Shown here piece after piece: positions 29,594 through 40,191 of a DNA stretch of 64,000 nucleotides (position 1 is its first letter; every line of letters begins with the position of its first letter). A model generated the notes under the pieces. The model worked only from the letters and a program-made list of their open reading frames with translations. It had not been told where the DNA came from and did not search any database. Position numbers and translations under genes: made by a program. Source of the DNA: an uncultured archaeon (GTDB lineage Archaea; Asgardarchaeota; Lokiarchaeia; Sigyniarchaeales; SOKP01); contig CAZOYD010000011.1 in the NCBI GenBank assembly GCA_964583985.1, positions 13,333 to 77,332 on the forward strand, written 5' to 3'.

Positions 29594-30550
29594 TTGATGT
29601 ACAACTTCGAATTCTATCCTGCAAAAAAACCAACTTTTTATTATATCGGAGTTACAACAACAAAATCATCAATAATGCGAGTTTTTCCTAAATGGGCAGA
29701 CTATTTAGGAATTGGAGGTACACCGATAGTTGGAATTAATTGTAAAATTCATGATGATCCTAAAATTTACAGGAAAATCGTAGAATTTATAAAAAATGAT
29801 AAGAATTCATTGGGAGCATTAGTAACTTCTCATAAAATTGATTTATATGATGCTGCAAGTGATTTATTTGATCACATAGATTTTTATACTAAATTACTTG
29901 GAGAGCTAAGTTGTATATCTAAAAGTAATGGAGAACTCTGGGCACATGCTAAAGATCCAATAACAAGTGGTTTATCTTACGAATCTTTTATCCCTAAAGA
30001 TCATTGGAAAAAAAATGAAGGAGAGATTTGCATAATGGGTGCCGGTGGAGCTTCATTAGCTCTCACGACATATCTAATAGAATCAATGGATAATAAAAAT
30101 TTGCCTTCTAAAATTCATGTAACTAATAGAACCATTCCCAGACTTGAAAAAATGAAAAAATTACATTCACAAATTAATCAAAAAGCAAAATTTGAATATC
30201 ATCATTGTCCAACACCAGAAGATAATGATCAAATTGTCAGTAATTTAAAGGAGTATTCTTTAGTTATCAATGGGACAGGTGCAGGAAAGGATTTTCCAGG
30301 ATCTCCTATATCCGATTCTGTTGAATTTCCAAGAAATGGATTTGCTTGGGATTTTAATTTTAGAGGTGATTTGTTGTTCTTAAAACAAGCTCATGCTCAA
30401 GAAAGAATGAAGAATTTGCATGTGGAGGACGGATGGGTTTATTTTTTACATGGATGGCAAAGAGTTATAGCGGAAGTTTTTCACTTAGATATCCCCACGA
30501 AAGGTCCCGAGTTTGAAAGATTATCACAAATTGCATTGCAAGTGAAATAA
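29594..30550 (+). CDS. Shikimate-dehydrogenase-like NAD(P) oxidoreductase
   Basis: GALVTSHK, IMGAGGAS, VTNRT, INGTGAG, D.N.RG, EDGW. Confidence 0.65.
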   Translation: MMYNFEFYPAKKPTFYYIGVTTTKSSIMRVFPKWADYLGIGGTPIVGINCKIHDDPKIYRKIVEFIKNDKNSLGALVTSHKIDLYDAASDLFDHIDFYTKLLGELSCISKSNGELWAHAKDPITSGLSYESFIPKDHWKKNEGEICIMGAGGASLALTTYLIESMDNKNLPSKIHVTNRTIPRLEKMKKLHSQINQKAKFEYHHCPTPEDNDQIVSNLKEYSLVINGTGAGKDFPGSPISDSVEFPRNGFAWDFNFRGDLLFLKQAHAQERMKNLHVEDGWVYFLHGWQRVIAEVFHLDIPTKGPEFERLSQIALQVK

Positions 30551-30555
30551 AATTA

Positions 30556-31143
30556 TTGAGGATTCTCATGAAAGATTATAAGTCATTTTCAATTAAATTT
30601 AGCTTGAATGATGGGCATTCTCCAAATCGAAATCCGACAAAGAGGATGCTTTCGGATATGAAAGGCATGTATTTAGACAATAGATCATTTGAAAAAATCC
30701 TTGAACAAGGAAACATTTGTGTTTATGAATTCTATGAACTAGAAATTCCAAGAAAATCAAGCGATTTATCATTTGGCACAACAATAATTTATTCAGGAAA
30801 AGTTGGTACTGAATATTTTATGACTAAGGGACACTTCCATGAAAAACTTGAGACCGCTGAAGTTTATTATTGTACAAAAGGACACGGATTTTTACTTCTT
30901 GAAGATCCTGAAGGAAATTCTGAAATACAAGAAATGACTCCAGGAATTTCTGTATATGTACCTCCTAATTTTGCCCATAGGAGCATAAATATTTCTAATT
31001 CCGAGCCTTTTGTAATGTTTTTTGTGTTTAGAGCGGATGCCGGACATAATTATAAAACTATAGAAACAAAAGGATTTCGAAAATTAATCATTGAAAAAGA
31101 TGGAAAGCCAATTATAATCGATAATCCAAAATGGAAAGATTAG
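30556..31143 (+). CDS. pgiA: Cupin-type glucose-6-phosphate isomerase (start probably ATG 30568)
   Basis: GKVGTEYFMTKGHFH, AEVY, YVPP..AHRSIN, DAGHNY..IETKGF. Confidence 0.85.
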   Translation: MRILMKDYKSFSIKFSLNDGHSPNRNPTKRMLSDMKGMYLDNRSFEKILEQGNICVYEFYELEIPRKSSDLSFGTTIIYSGKVGTEYFMTKGHFHEKLETAEVYYCTKGHGFLLLEDPEGNSEIQEMTPGISVYVPPNFAHRSINISNSEPFVMFFVFRADAGHNYKTIETKGFRKLIIEKDGKPIIIDNPKWKD

Positions 31144-31164
31144 TAAGATAAAGTGAGATAATTC

Positions 31165-32097
31165 GTGAGTAAAGTATATATTGGGTCAAGAACATTAACT
31201 CTTAATGGTCACCCTGCATTGCAGAGATTAAAAAATGCTGGTTTGGAATTAATTTTTGGACCTCCAGGTAAACAACCTACTGAAGAGGATCAACTAAAGA
31301 CATTACCCGAATGTATTGCATATTTAGCGGGAACTGAGAAAATCTCGGAGAAAGTATTAAAGACGGCCAAGTATCTAAAGGTTATTAGTAGAAATGGCGT
31401 TGGTACGGAAAATATTGATGTTAAAATTGCTAAAGCTTTAGGCATTACAGTAACAATCACTCCAGGATCGAATGCTCAAGGAGTAGCAGAACTAACAATT
31501 TCTTTAATGCTAGCTGCGGTTCGTTCTATTCCAAATCAAAATAGAGATTTAAAGAAGGGGCAATGGAACCGATTCAAAGGAATAGAGATAGAAGGAAAGA
31601 CTCTCGGTATTATTGGTTGCGGGAATATCGGAAAACGAGTAACAAAAATGGCATTGGGATTAGGGATGAAAGTATTAGGATTTGATCTTTGTGCAGATCA
31701 ATCATTTAATCCTTCAAATGATTTTAAGTATGTAAACCTATCAGATATATTCAAATTTTCTGATATTATCAGCCTCCACGCTCCGCCAGGCGATAAACCA
31801 ATTATAGATAAGAAAGCTTTATCCATGATGAAATCTGGAGTATGCATCATCAACACCGCTCGCGGAGAAGTTGTAGATGAATTAGAATTGGTCAAAGCTT
31901 TAAATTTAAACAGAGTTCAATATTATGCCACTGATGTATATAGAAATGAACCTCCGGAAGTTGATGATCTAATTAGTCATCCTCGTACAATATGTACCCC
32001 CCACATAGGTGCTTATACAGAAGAAAGTATAAATCGTGCAGTTGAAGCTGCAATTGATAACATTTTGATGGAGTTAGGATTAGATGCCAAACATTAA
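31165..32097 (+). CDS. D-isomer-specific 2-hydroxyacid dehydrogenase (SerA-like, no ACT domain)
   Basis: SRNGVG, GIIGCGNIG, SLHAP, INTARG, DVY.EP, TPHIGAYTEE. Confidence 0.85.
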   Translation: MSKVYIGSRTLTLNGHPALQRLKNAGLELIFGPPGKQPTEEDQLKTLPECIAYLAGTEKISEKVLKTAKYLKVISRNGVGTENIDVKIAKALGITVTITPGSNAQGVAELTISLMLAAVRSIPNQNRDLKKGQWNRFKGIEIEGKTLGIIGCGNIGKRVTKMALGLGMKVLGFDLCADQSFNPSNDFKYVNLSDIFKFSDIISLHAPPGDKPIIDKKALSMMKSGVCIINTARGEVVDELELVKALNLNRVQYYATDVYRNEPPEVDDLISHPRTICTPHIGAYTEESINRAVEAAIDNILMELGLDAKH

Positions 32098-32953
32098 TAT
32101 CACTACCGAATTTATTGAAAATTTAGAGTTATTTATTGAAAGTAATGCACTCTCATCACATGAAGTTCAGCTTGCTTGGATTGGTCAAGCAGGATTTATT
32201 TTTAAATTCAAAGACAAGTTATTATTAATTGATCCTTACCTTTCGGATTACTTATCAAGGAAGTATAAAGGAAAATTATTTCCACATATTAGATTAATGG
32301 AACTTCCAATAGAGCCTCAGAAAATTACAAAAGTGAATTATATCTTGTGCTCACATGCGCATTCTGATCACATGGATCCTGAAACAATTTCAATTCTCAG
32401 TGAAAAGAATCCGGATGTAAAAATAATTGTACCTGCTGCAGAAATTGAAGAGGTCATTAAGAGAGGAGCGAAAAAACTTCAAGTCATTGGATTAAATGAT
32501 GGAAATACGCTTTTATTAGAAAAAGGAATAAAAGTCATGGGAATTGCTGCAGCTCATGAAAATCTAAAAGTTAATGAAAATGGAGAGCACCATTTTTTAG
32601 GATATGTATTTGATTTTGAAGGCGTAAGAATCTATCATTCAGGAGATTGTATTCCCTATCCGGGATTAATAAATAAGTTAAAAGATTTAGAAATTGATTT
32701 AGCTCTGTTGCCGATTAATGGTCGGGATGAATATCGGTTGAATAATAATATTGCGGGAAATTTTTTAATTTCCGAAGTTTTAGAGATATGCAAATCTGCC
32801 AAGATTGAAGCACTCATTGTTCATCATTTCGGCATGTTCGCATATAACACGGTAACAGAAACAGAATTAGAAAATTTAAGAGCCGCTGATTTCTCGCAAC
32901 TCCAAATATTTGTCCCAAAAATTAAAACTATTTATAAAGTTAAAAAGAAATAA
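32084..32953 (+). CDS. Metallo-beta-lactamase-fold lactonase (UlaG-like)
   Basis: WIGQAGF, IDPYLS, SHAHSDHMD, YHSGD, LPING. Confidence 0.8.
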   Translation: MPNINITTEFIENLELFIESNALSSHEVQLAWIGQAGFIFKFKDKLLLIDPYLSDYLSRKYKGKLFPHIRLMELPIEPQKITKVNYILCSHAHSDHMDPETISILSEKNPDVKIIVPAAEIEEVIKRGAKKLQVIGLNDGNTLLLEKGIKVMGIAAAHENLKVNENGEHHFLGYVFDFEGVRIYHSGDCIPYPGLINKLKDLEIDLALLPINGRDEYRLNNNIAGNFLISEVLEICKSAKIEALIVHHFGMFAYNTVTETELENLRAADFSQLQIFVPKIKTIYKVKKK

Positions 32954-32969
32954 TGCATAAGGTCTAATT

Positions 32970-33605
32970 ATGGATATAATTGATAAAATCAAAAATTTAA
33001 AAATAGTTCCAGTTGCAGTAATTGAAAACTCAAATCATGCCCTACATTTAGCAAAAGCTCTCATAGATGCAGGTCTTCCAATAATTGAAATTACATTCAG
33101 AACTGATGCGGCGGCAAAGTCGATTTCCATTATAAAAAAGGAATATCCAGAAATGTTAGTAGGGGCAGGAACTGTTCTAAAGATCGACCAAGTTAAGGAG
33201 GCTGTTAAGTCGGGTTCTGAATTTATTGTTACTCCGGGATTTAATCCCACTGTTGTTGATTATTGTATTGAGAATAAAATTATCATAATCCCGGGTCTTA
33301 ATGCCCCCTCATTTATAGAATGGGGTTTAGAAAGAGGGCTGGATTTTTTCAAATTTTTTCCAGCAGATTTATCTGGAGGATTTAAAATGATTAAATTGCT
33401 TTCGGGACCGTATCCCAATGTCAGATTCATGCCAACGGGTGGAATTAACGATGAAACGCTTGCAGATTACCTTAAATTAGATAATGTTATAGCGTGTGGT
33501 GGAAGTTGGATAGTAAGTAAGAACTTAATTTCATCTGGTAATTTTGAAGAGATTAAAAGACTAACGAAAAGAGCACTATCTTTAATAAAATCTGACATGG
33601 AATAA
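32970..33605 (+). CDS. eda: KDPG/KHG aldolase
   Basis: EITFRT, VGAGTVL, VTPG, KFFPA, FMPTGGI, GGSW. Confidence 0.92.
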   Translation: MDIIDKIKNLKIVPVAVIENSNHALHLAKALIDAGLPIIEITFRTDAAAKSISIIKKEYPEMLVGAGTVLKIDQVKEAVKSGSEFIVTPGFNPTVVDYCIENKIIIIPGLNAPSFIEWGLERGLDFFKFFPADLSGGFKMIKLLSGPYPNVRFMPTGGINDETLADYLKLDNVIACGGSWIVSKNLISSGNFEEIKRLTKRALSLIKSDME

Positions 33606-33638
33606 TTTCTTTTTGCTAAAAACACTAATCGAATTTAG

Positions 33639-35129
33639 GTGAGACCGTTTACAAACATTCTTGCTATTGATATAGGAACGCAAAGCATCCGAGCAGGTAT
33701 TATCAATACGCACGGAAAAATTTTGGCTGTTTCACAACTCCAACAAGATGTATTCAGCCCATTTCCAAACTGGGCTCAACAGAAACCGAAAATCTGGTGG
33801 GATTTGACAAAAAAAGTCATATCTAATCTAATTAACGAGTCAGAAATTGATGTGGATACGATTAAAGGAATAAGTACTTGTGGACAGATGCATGGTCCAG
33901 TGGGAATTGATGATAACGGCGAAATTACTACAGAATGGACTCAAATATGGATGGATAAGCGTTGTGAAGATATCTGTAATACGGTACGAAAAAATTTTGA
34001 TGAATTAAAATTGAGTAAAATTACTGGTAACCCAATTACAACTGGGTGGTCAGGATTTAAAATTAAATGGATAAAAGAGAACCAACCTGAAATATATCAT
34101 AATACAAAATGGTTCCTCGTCCCAAAAGATTTCATTAATTATCAACTTACGGGTGTCGCAGGTACAGATCCTAGTGAAGCTTCAGGAACATATCTCTATG
34201 ATTTTAATACTGATAAATATTCAAATTACATGGCTGATGTTTTAGACATCGATCTTGATAAAATTCCACCTATTCACCGTTCCTATGATATTATTGGAAA
34301 AATTCGAACAGAAATTTCAAAAGAACTAAGAATTCCCGATGACATTCCGGTTATAGCTGGTGGGGGAGATTTCATTGTTTCTTTATTGGGAATAGGGTTA
34401 ATAATGGAGGGAACTGCTGTTGATATGACGGGGACGAGTACTCTCTTTGTCGTTCAAAAAGATAATCCGATAATAAATCCCTCAGTGCAAAATTTAAGAC
34501 ATGTAATAAAAGGATGGATTCCATTCACTATGCTCGATACTGGTGGTTTAAGCATGAAATGGTGTAAGGATTTCTTAAATTCTGTTAATTCTGGAAAAAT
34601 CTCATACGAACATATGATTAAAATGGCAGAAAAAATATCCGTTGGAAGCGAAGGTTTGATTTTTTACCCCTACTTGTTAGGTGAACGCAGGCAAGAAAAT
34701 GTTACAGCAAAAGGGTGTTTTTTTGGATTAACTTTAAATCATAAAGCAGGGCATGTAGCACGATCCGTAATGGAAGGTGTTGGTTTAGCTCTAGGAAAAG
34801 ATATTCAAACTTTTAAGAAGATGGGAGTAGACATCCATCAAGTATTTTGCGTGGGAGGAGCAACTCGAAATAAGTTGTTATATCAAATAAAAGCGGATAT
34901 CAGCCAAATCCCCCAAATTTTAACTGAAGAACCAGAGGCTAGTTTAAGAGGTTGCGGTTTACTTGCAGCTTATGGTTTAGGATTTATAAAAAATTTCAAG
35001 GATAATATTGTTGATAGCGATAAAAATTACTCCATTATCCAACCCGATAAAACAAAGGAAATTGAATACAATAAATTACAATTGAAATTTAATAGAATGT
35101 ATGATCTTCTGTTAGGATATTGGAAATAA
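33639..35129 (+). CDS. FGGY-family carbohydrate kinase (xylulokinase-like)
   Basis: IDIGTQS, GQMHG, W.D.R, PKD, GGGD, GTS, PYLLGER, VGG. Confidence 0.88.
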   Translation: MRPFTNILAIDIGTQSIRAGIINTHGKILAVSQLQQDVFSPFPNWAQQKPKIWWDLTKKVISNLINESEIDVDTIKGISTCGQMHGPVGIDDNGEITTEWTQIWMDKRCEDICNTVRKNFDELKLSKITGNPITTGWSGFKIKWIKENQPEIYHNTKWFLVPKDFINYQLTGVAGTDPSEASGTYLYDFNTDKYSNYMADVLDIDLDKIPPIHRSYDIIGKIRTEISKELRIPDDIPVIAGGGDFIVSLLGIGLIMEGTAVDMTGTSTLFVVQKDNPIINPSVQNLRHVIKGWIPFTMLDTGGLSMKWCKDFLNSVNSGKISYEHMIKMAEKISVGSEGLIFYPYLLGERRQENVTAKGCFFGLTLNHKAGHVARSVMEGVGLALGKDIQTFKKMGVDIHQVFCVGGATRNKLLYQIKADISQIPQILTEEPEASLRGCGLLAAYGLGFIKNFKDNIVDSDKNYSIIQPDKTKEIEYNKLQLKFNRMYDLLLGYWK

Positions 35130-35268
35130 ATGTTATTATTTAGTTTATTAAAAAACACAACATTCCGTATAAACTAAGTTTTTTTTATACTGAGAATTAA
35201 TGATTATATATAAGAATAAAGTTAATAACCAAATGTTAGGAAATATACATATACATTAAAAGAATATA

Positions 35269-37884
35269 TTGGAGTTCAATTGTATGGCTGAAACTGCTAC
35301 CTTGGAAATGGTTGATAACGCGAGTGATAGGATAAAACAGCTTCGCAGGAGGTATCTTGATGAAAAACCCTTTATCTCGATCGAAAGGGCTAAATTTTTC
35401 ACGGAAAAATGGAAAGAAACTGAAAACATGAATATATCTAATAATGTTCGTGTTGCTTTATCAATGAAAAATGTGTTCGAAAAAATGCATTTTAACTTTG
35501 ATCCAGATGATAGAATTGCTGGTACATGGACAGAAAATTTCTTGGGGATACCAATCGACATTGAACGGGGGTTATTTAATAGAGTATTTGAGGTGGAGCT
35601 TGATATAAAGTCAATGAAAAAATTTGCTAAGGAGAGTAATAAGGCGTTCATGGCATACATGATAAATAAATATGGTTCTGAGGGATTACTAAACATTCTG
35701 GATCATTCTAAAAAGATTGGAGTTGCCATGCCTGAATTAGGGACAGATACTTTAGATAGAAGGAAGATAAACCCTTACCAAATTAGAGAAAAAGATAAGG
35801 AATTACTACTTAAAGAATTGCTTCCTTATTGGAAGGAAAAAACAATAGCCGACAAGTTAGCAAGAGCTTTCATTGAGAATAAAATATATCCAGGAGAATT
35901 CGGAGAATTCATTCAAAATTTGCCTAGATCAACAGGTCAAGGTGATATGGTTACTTCAATTGGATCTGCTCTTGGGGTTTGGCAAGGACATCTAATCTTG
36001 AATCATGAAAAGCCAATTCAAAAAGGTCTATTATTCATGAAAAATGAAGTACAAGAATTAATCAACTCTAATAATAAATTTTCAAAATCAGAACAAGATT
36101 TTCTTGAATCCGTTAACATTGCTCTTGAAGGAGTTATGATCTTTTCGAGAAGGTTAACAGAAAAACTCGAAAATGAATTAGATAGGACTTCAGATGAATC
36201 TACAAAAGTAATACTAAGACAAATGCTTAAAACTTGTCAGAAAGTTCCGCTGTATCCTGCCGAAACATTTAGGGAAGCCGTTCAGTCATATTGGACAATA
36301 AAAACCGCTGTTGAGATTGCGATGCCATTTAATGTCCATTCACCCGGTCGTCTTGATCAAATTTTTTATCCCTTTTTTAAGAGAGATATTGATTATGGAC
36401 GAATCAGTAATGAAGAAGCTCGAGAACTTTTAGAGGAATTATTTTTAAAAATCATGAGTCACAACATGCGTCCATATTCCAATGCTTCCAGTGATTTTAG
36501 CCAACGATATGAAGGATCTGAACCAGTTACATTAGGAGGATTAACATTTAATGGGAGAGATGCAACTAATGAATTAACATATTTAATGCTTGAAGCAGCT
36601 GATCGATCTAAAGCTTCTTTAAATTTTGCGGTTCGTATTCATAAAAATAGTTCCGAAGAACTACTAATGAAAATAGCAGATTTGCATTATCATGGAGTTT
36701 CTAGCGTATCTTTAATGAACGATGAGATTTGTATTCAATCTCTATTAAATAGAGGATTTACTAAAGAAGATGCGAATGGATATGCCATTACGGGGTGTGT
36801 GGATATGTGCAGCCCAGGAAAGACGGGAGGAGAAGGATTTTCTTCGATATTATTATGTCGAACACTTGATTTAGCAATTAGAAATGGAGACTCACAAACC
36901 TTGGTCGGATTAGTAAAGAATGCAGGGCTAAAAACGGGGGATCCAGATAATTTTGCTGATTTTAATGAGTTTTTAGAAGCTTTTTTTACCCAATCTGACT
37001 TCATGATTAAAAAAATTGTTGAGGGCTCTACAATTCGCGATAAATTATTTGCTGAAATTCTCCCCGCTCCATTTATATCTGCTTTTATCGATGGATGCCT
37101 TGAGAATAAAAAGGACATTACTGAGGGAGGTGCTATTTATGATTGTGAAGGAATTCTTTTCATGACTAGTATTGCCAATTCGATTGATTCATTATATGTT
37201 ATTAAAAAATTAATCTTTGAACAAAAGAAATTCACCTTTAAAGAATTGATTAATGCAATTGATAATAATTTCAGTAATGGATATGAACACATTCATGAAT
37301 TAATCTTGGATTTAGATGGAAAATGGGGTAATGGAAATCCCGAATCAGATGAACTTGCGAGAAAAGTAACTTCTCACATGTTTAATGAGACTTACAAATA
37401 TAGAACTTATAAAGATGGATTTTACGCGCCTTTTATTAATAGCATGACAACCCATACATATGATGGAAGAATTTCCATTGCAACTCCAGATGGAAGGGTT
37501 GGAGGAAAGCCATTTGCAGCTAGTTGTAATCCGTATAACGTTGAAAAACATGGTCCTACTGGAGTATTACGCTCTGTATCAGCATTAGAATATGAACATG
37601 TGATGGGGTGTGCGGTAAATATTCGAATGCATCCATCGGGAATTGGAAAAAGCAATGAGGCCAAGAAAAAATGGATTTCATTGATAAAAACTTACTTCCA
37701 ATTAGGAGGGGAACAACTCCAACCCACTGTTGTATCCACGGATGTTTTAAAAGCAGCGCAGATTAATCCTGAAAGTTATCGCAACATAATAGTCAAAGTT
37801 GGAGGTTATAGTGCATATTTTACTGACTTGGGAAGGGAGATTCAAGACGAAATAATTTCGAGAACTGAACATACCATGGTTTAA
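35269..37884 (+). CDS. Glycyl radical enzyme (PFL2/eliminase superfamily) with atypical motifs; start probably ATG 35284
   Basis: GRLDQ, TLGG, TGCVD Cys loop, KWGN, ATPDGR, C-terminal VKVGGYSAYF Gly loop. Confidence 0.88.
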   Translation: MEFNCMAETATLEMVDNASDRIKQLRRRYLDEKPFISIERAKFFTEKWKETENMNISNNVRVALSMKNVFEKMHFNFDPDDRIAGTWTENFLGIPIDIERGLFNRVFEVELDIKSMKKFAKESNKAFMAYMINKYGSEGLLNILDHSKKIGVAMPELGTDTLDRRKINPYQIREKDKELLLKELLPYWKEKTIADKLARAFIENKIYPGEFGEFIQNLPRSTGQGDMVTSIGSALGVWQGHLILNHEKPIQKGLLFMKNEVQELINSNNKFSKSEQDFLESVNIALEGVMIFSRRLTEKLENELDRTSDESTKVILRQMLKTCQKVPLYPAETFREAVQSYWTIKTAVEIAMPFNVHSPGRLDQIFYPFFKRDIDYGRISNEEARELLEELFLKIMSHNMRPYSNASSDFSQRYEGSEPVTLGGLTFNGRDATNELTYLMLEAADRSKASLNFAVRIHKNSSEELLMKIADLHYHGVSSVSLMNDEICIQSLLNRGFTKEDANGYAITGCVDMCSPGKTGGEGFSSILLCRTLDLAIRNGDSQTLVGLVKNAGLKTGDPDNFADFNEFLEAFFTQSDFMIKKIVEGSTIRDKLFAEILPAPFISAFIDGCLENKKDITEGGAIYDCEGILFMTSIANSIDSLYVIKKLIFEQKKFTFKELINAIDNNFSNGYEHIHELILDLDGKWGNGNPESDELARKVTSHMFNETYKYRTYKDGFYAPFINSMTTHTYDGRISIATPDGRVGGKPFAASCNPYNVEKHGPTGVLRSVSALEYEHVMGCAVNIRMHPSGIGKSNEAKKKWISLIKTYFQLGGEQLQPTVVSTDVLKAAQINPESYRNIIVKVGGYSAYFTDLGREIQDEIISRTEHTMV

Positions 37885-37892
37885 AGAGTCCA

Positions 37893-38801
37893 ATGAACGG
37901 GATTATATTTGATGTTCAAAATTATGCTATTTATGACGGTCCTGGTATTAGAACAATTATTTTCTTGAAAGGGTGCCCTCTTAGTTGTCGGTGGTGCCAG
38001 AATCCTGAATCTCAAGAATTAAACCCTCAAATGTCTTATTTCGAAGAAAAATGTGTGGGTTGTGGCAAATGTGTCGCCGCTTGTCCGAGTAATGCTTTAA
38101 CCCTAATAAATGGAAAAATAAAAAGAAATTCTAATTTGTGTACTACTTGTGCAATCTGTGTAAGGGCCTGTCCTAATGGTGTCATGGAAAAAATCGGAGC
38201 AGAACGAGAAGTGGATGAACTAGTAGAGATTATATTAAGAGATAAGCCTTTTTATGATAATTCTGGCGGGGGAGTGACCATTTCAGGAGGGGAGCCTACC
38301 ATGCAAATTAATTTTCTTCTAGAACTGCTCAAGGCATTAAAACTACAAGGAATTCATACTGCAATAGAAACATGTGGATATTTTAATGAAAATTTAATTA
38401 GTGATTTAGTTAAATACGTGGATTTATTTCTATTTGATATTAAATTGATTGATACTAAAAAACATGAGCAATTTACTAACGTGAATAATGAAAAAATTCT
38501 AGCAAATTTCTCTAAAATCTTCTTTAAAGTTGGGAATGAGAGAATAATACCTCGAATACCTTTAATACCGGGAGTTAATACAGATTTACATACGATTCAA
38601 CAAATAATTAATTTTTTACACGAGATTGATTATAATGGTATAATTCATTTAATGCCATATAATAAATTAACAAAAACAAAATATGAAAAAATTGGAATGG
38701 AAGACTTGCATAAGGATTTTGGAGAATTGACTGATGGAACTCTTGAGGAAATAACACGGTTATTTCAACAGCATTCCCATGAAGTTATTATCAATCATTA
38801 A
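37893..38801 (+). CDS. Glycyl-radical activating enzyme (radical SAM plus 2x[4Fe-4S] insert)
   Basis: DGPGIRT, GCPLSCRWCQNPES, two CxxCxxCxxxC, SGGEP. Confidence 0.92.
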   Translation: MNGIIFDVQNYAIYDGPGIRTIIFLKGCPLSCRWCQNPESQELNPQMSYFEEKCVGCGKCVAACPSNALTLINGKIKRNSNLCTTCAICVRACPNGVMEKIGAEREVDELVEIILRDKPFYDNSGGGVTISGGEPTMQINFLLELLKALKLQGIHTAIETCGYFNENLISDLVKYVDLFLFDIKLIDTKKHEQFTNVNNEKILANFSKIFFKVGNERIIPRIPLIPGVNTDLHTIQQIINFLHEIDYNGIIHLMPYNKLTKTKYEKIGMEDLHKDFGELTDGTLEEITRLFQQHSHEVIINH

Positions 38802-38961
38802 ATGTGTCATTAATTGATTTTCATTGGAAAAAGAATTTCACAAATCTTTGAAGAATTATGATAATACTAAATTGTCATAAAACGTTGAGTAGTTAAAAAG
38901 ATCAATAATAAATATTATTAAAATCCGTTAATTTATAGTTATAGAAACCTTCGTCAAAACC

Positions 38962-40164
38962 ATGAAAATCGAGCTAAAAGATTTAAATAATGGTTCCGTG
39001 TATATTGGAGATAAATTAAATGTTAGTTCTAAGTTCATCTTTGAAGAAGATTCTTCTATTATGTGGAGTGGGCTTCAACTAATAACTAGTCCTCCGTGTT
39101 TAAAAGAATTACAGATTGCTAAAGCTGAGATTTTTTCCAAGGGAAATTTTGAATCAGGAGAATATATTCGGAATAGAACAATGCTCATTAAAAACAATGT
39201 GGTCCCGACCATAAAGAATCGCAAATTGGAATACCAGATCAAGCTTATCATGAGGCAACCTCATCCCATAAATCCAGATGAGGACATTTTCATTAATCGA
39301 ACTCAAAAAATAGAAATAAAATCAAAAAATCAAGGTATACAAACTAAAAAGTCGAATCCAATATCGTTTTCTTTGTCTGGATTAACCATTAACCTGTCAA
39401 AAGATGTTTTTAAACCAGGAGAAACAATCAAAATCAATTTTTCCGGAGAAGATCTTAAAGAAATAGAAATACGACTCTTACAAGAAGCAAACTTGATATG
39501 TTATTGCGATAGCTACGGTCAAACTTGTAGAAAAGTAGAAAAGCTTCCGCCTGCCATTGCGGGAGATGCAAAAACAGCGAACATAGAAAAAGGGTTTTTA
39601 TTCTTGAAAATTCCTGAGATCGCGGAATCCTCACATAATTACGTATGGGAAGCCCAAGAAAAGGAACAATGGGGATTTAAGTATGGAGATTATACCCGTT
39701 GGTCATTAAAAGTAATTGGTAAATCCTTGGTGAGTCGTGATAAAATGAAATTTAATATCCCAATTACCATAGTATCGAAACACGTTGATGAAGCTAAGAT
39801 CGGTGTTGATCTTTTTGCTGGGCAAAGTTCAGGAGCACCCACCTTATTTGAAGGTCTCTCATCAAAACTTCAAAAAGTATTTAAGATTGTATCAATCGAT
39901 TCAGACATTGATAAATATACAGTAAAAATCAAAAATATATCAAAAGATAAACTCAATGGTGTAACAGTTAAACTCTCAGGATTACTTGAAGGCTTATTTG
40001 AAACTCCCCCGACAATAGAAGGGTTTAATAAGTGGAATCCAGGAGAAGAAAAAGAAGTGTCATACGAAACAAAACAAAATGTCTCTAGTCTTGTCACGAT
40101 TTTAGAAGATAATCAACAGAAAAATATTAGGCTCCAGACGTCTGTTTCTGCCGATTTTTTCTGA
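38962..40164 (+). CDS. Arrestin/Vps26-like two-beta-sandwich protein with an extra C-terminal Ig-like domain
   Basis: GEY...VVPTI...LEYQIK (arrestin-N-like) and LSKDVFKPGETIKI (arrestin-C-like); pattern recognition only. Confidence 0.55.
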   Translation: MKIELKDLNNGSVYIGDKLNVSSKFIFEEDSSIMWSGLQLITSPPCLKELQIAKAEIFSKGNFESGEYIRNRTMLIKNNVVPTIKNRKLEYQIKLIMRQPHPINPDEDIFINRTQKIEIKSKNQGIQTKKSNPISFSLSGLTINLSKDVFKPGETIKINFSGEDLKEIEIRLLQEANLICYCDSYGQTCRKVEKLPPAIAGDAKTANIEKGFLFLKIPEIAESSHNYVWEAQEKEQWGFKYGDYTRWSLKVIGKSLVSRDKMKFNIPITIVSKHVDEAKIGVDLFAGQSSGAPTLFEGLSSKLQKVFKIVSIDSDIDKYTVKIKNISKDKLNGVTVKLSGLLEGLFETPPTIEGFNKWNPGEEKEVSYETKQNVSSLVTILEDNQQKNIRLQTSVSADFF

Positions 40165-40191
40165 TTTCCTTCGCAGATCTTTAAAGTAATA

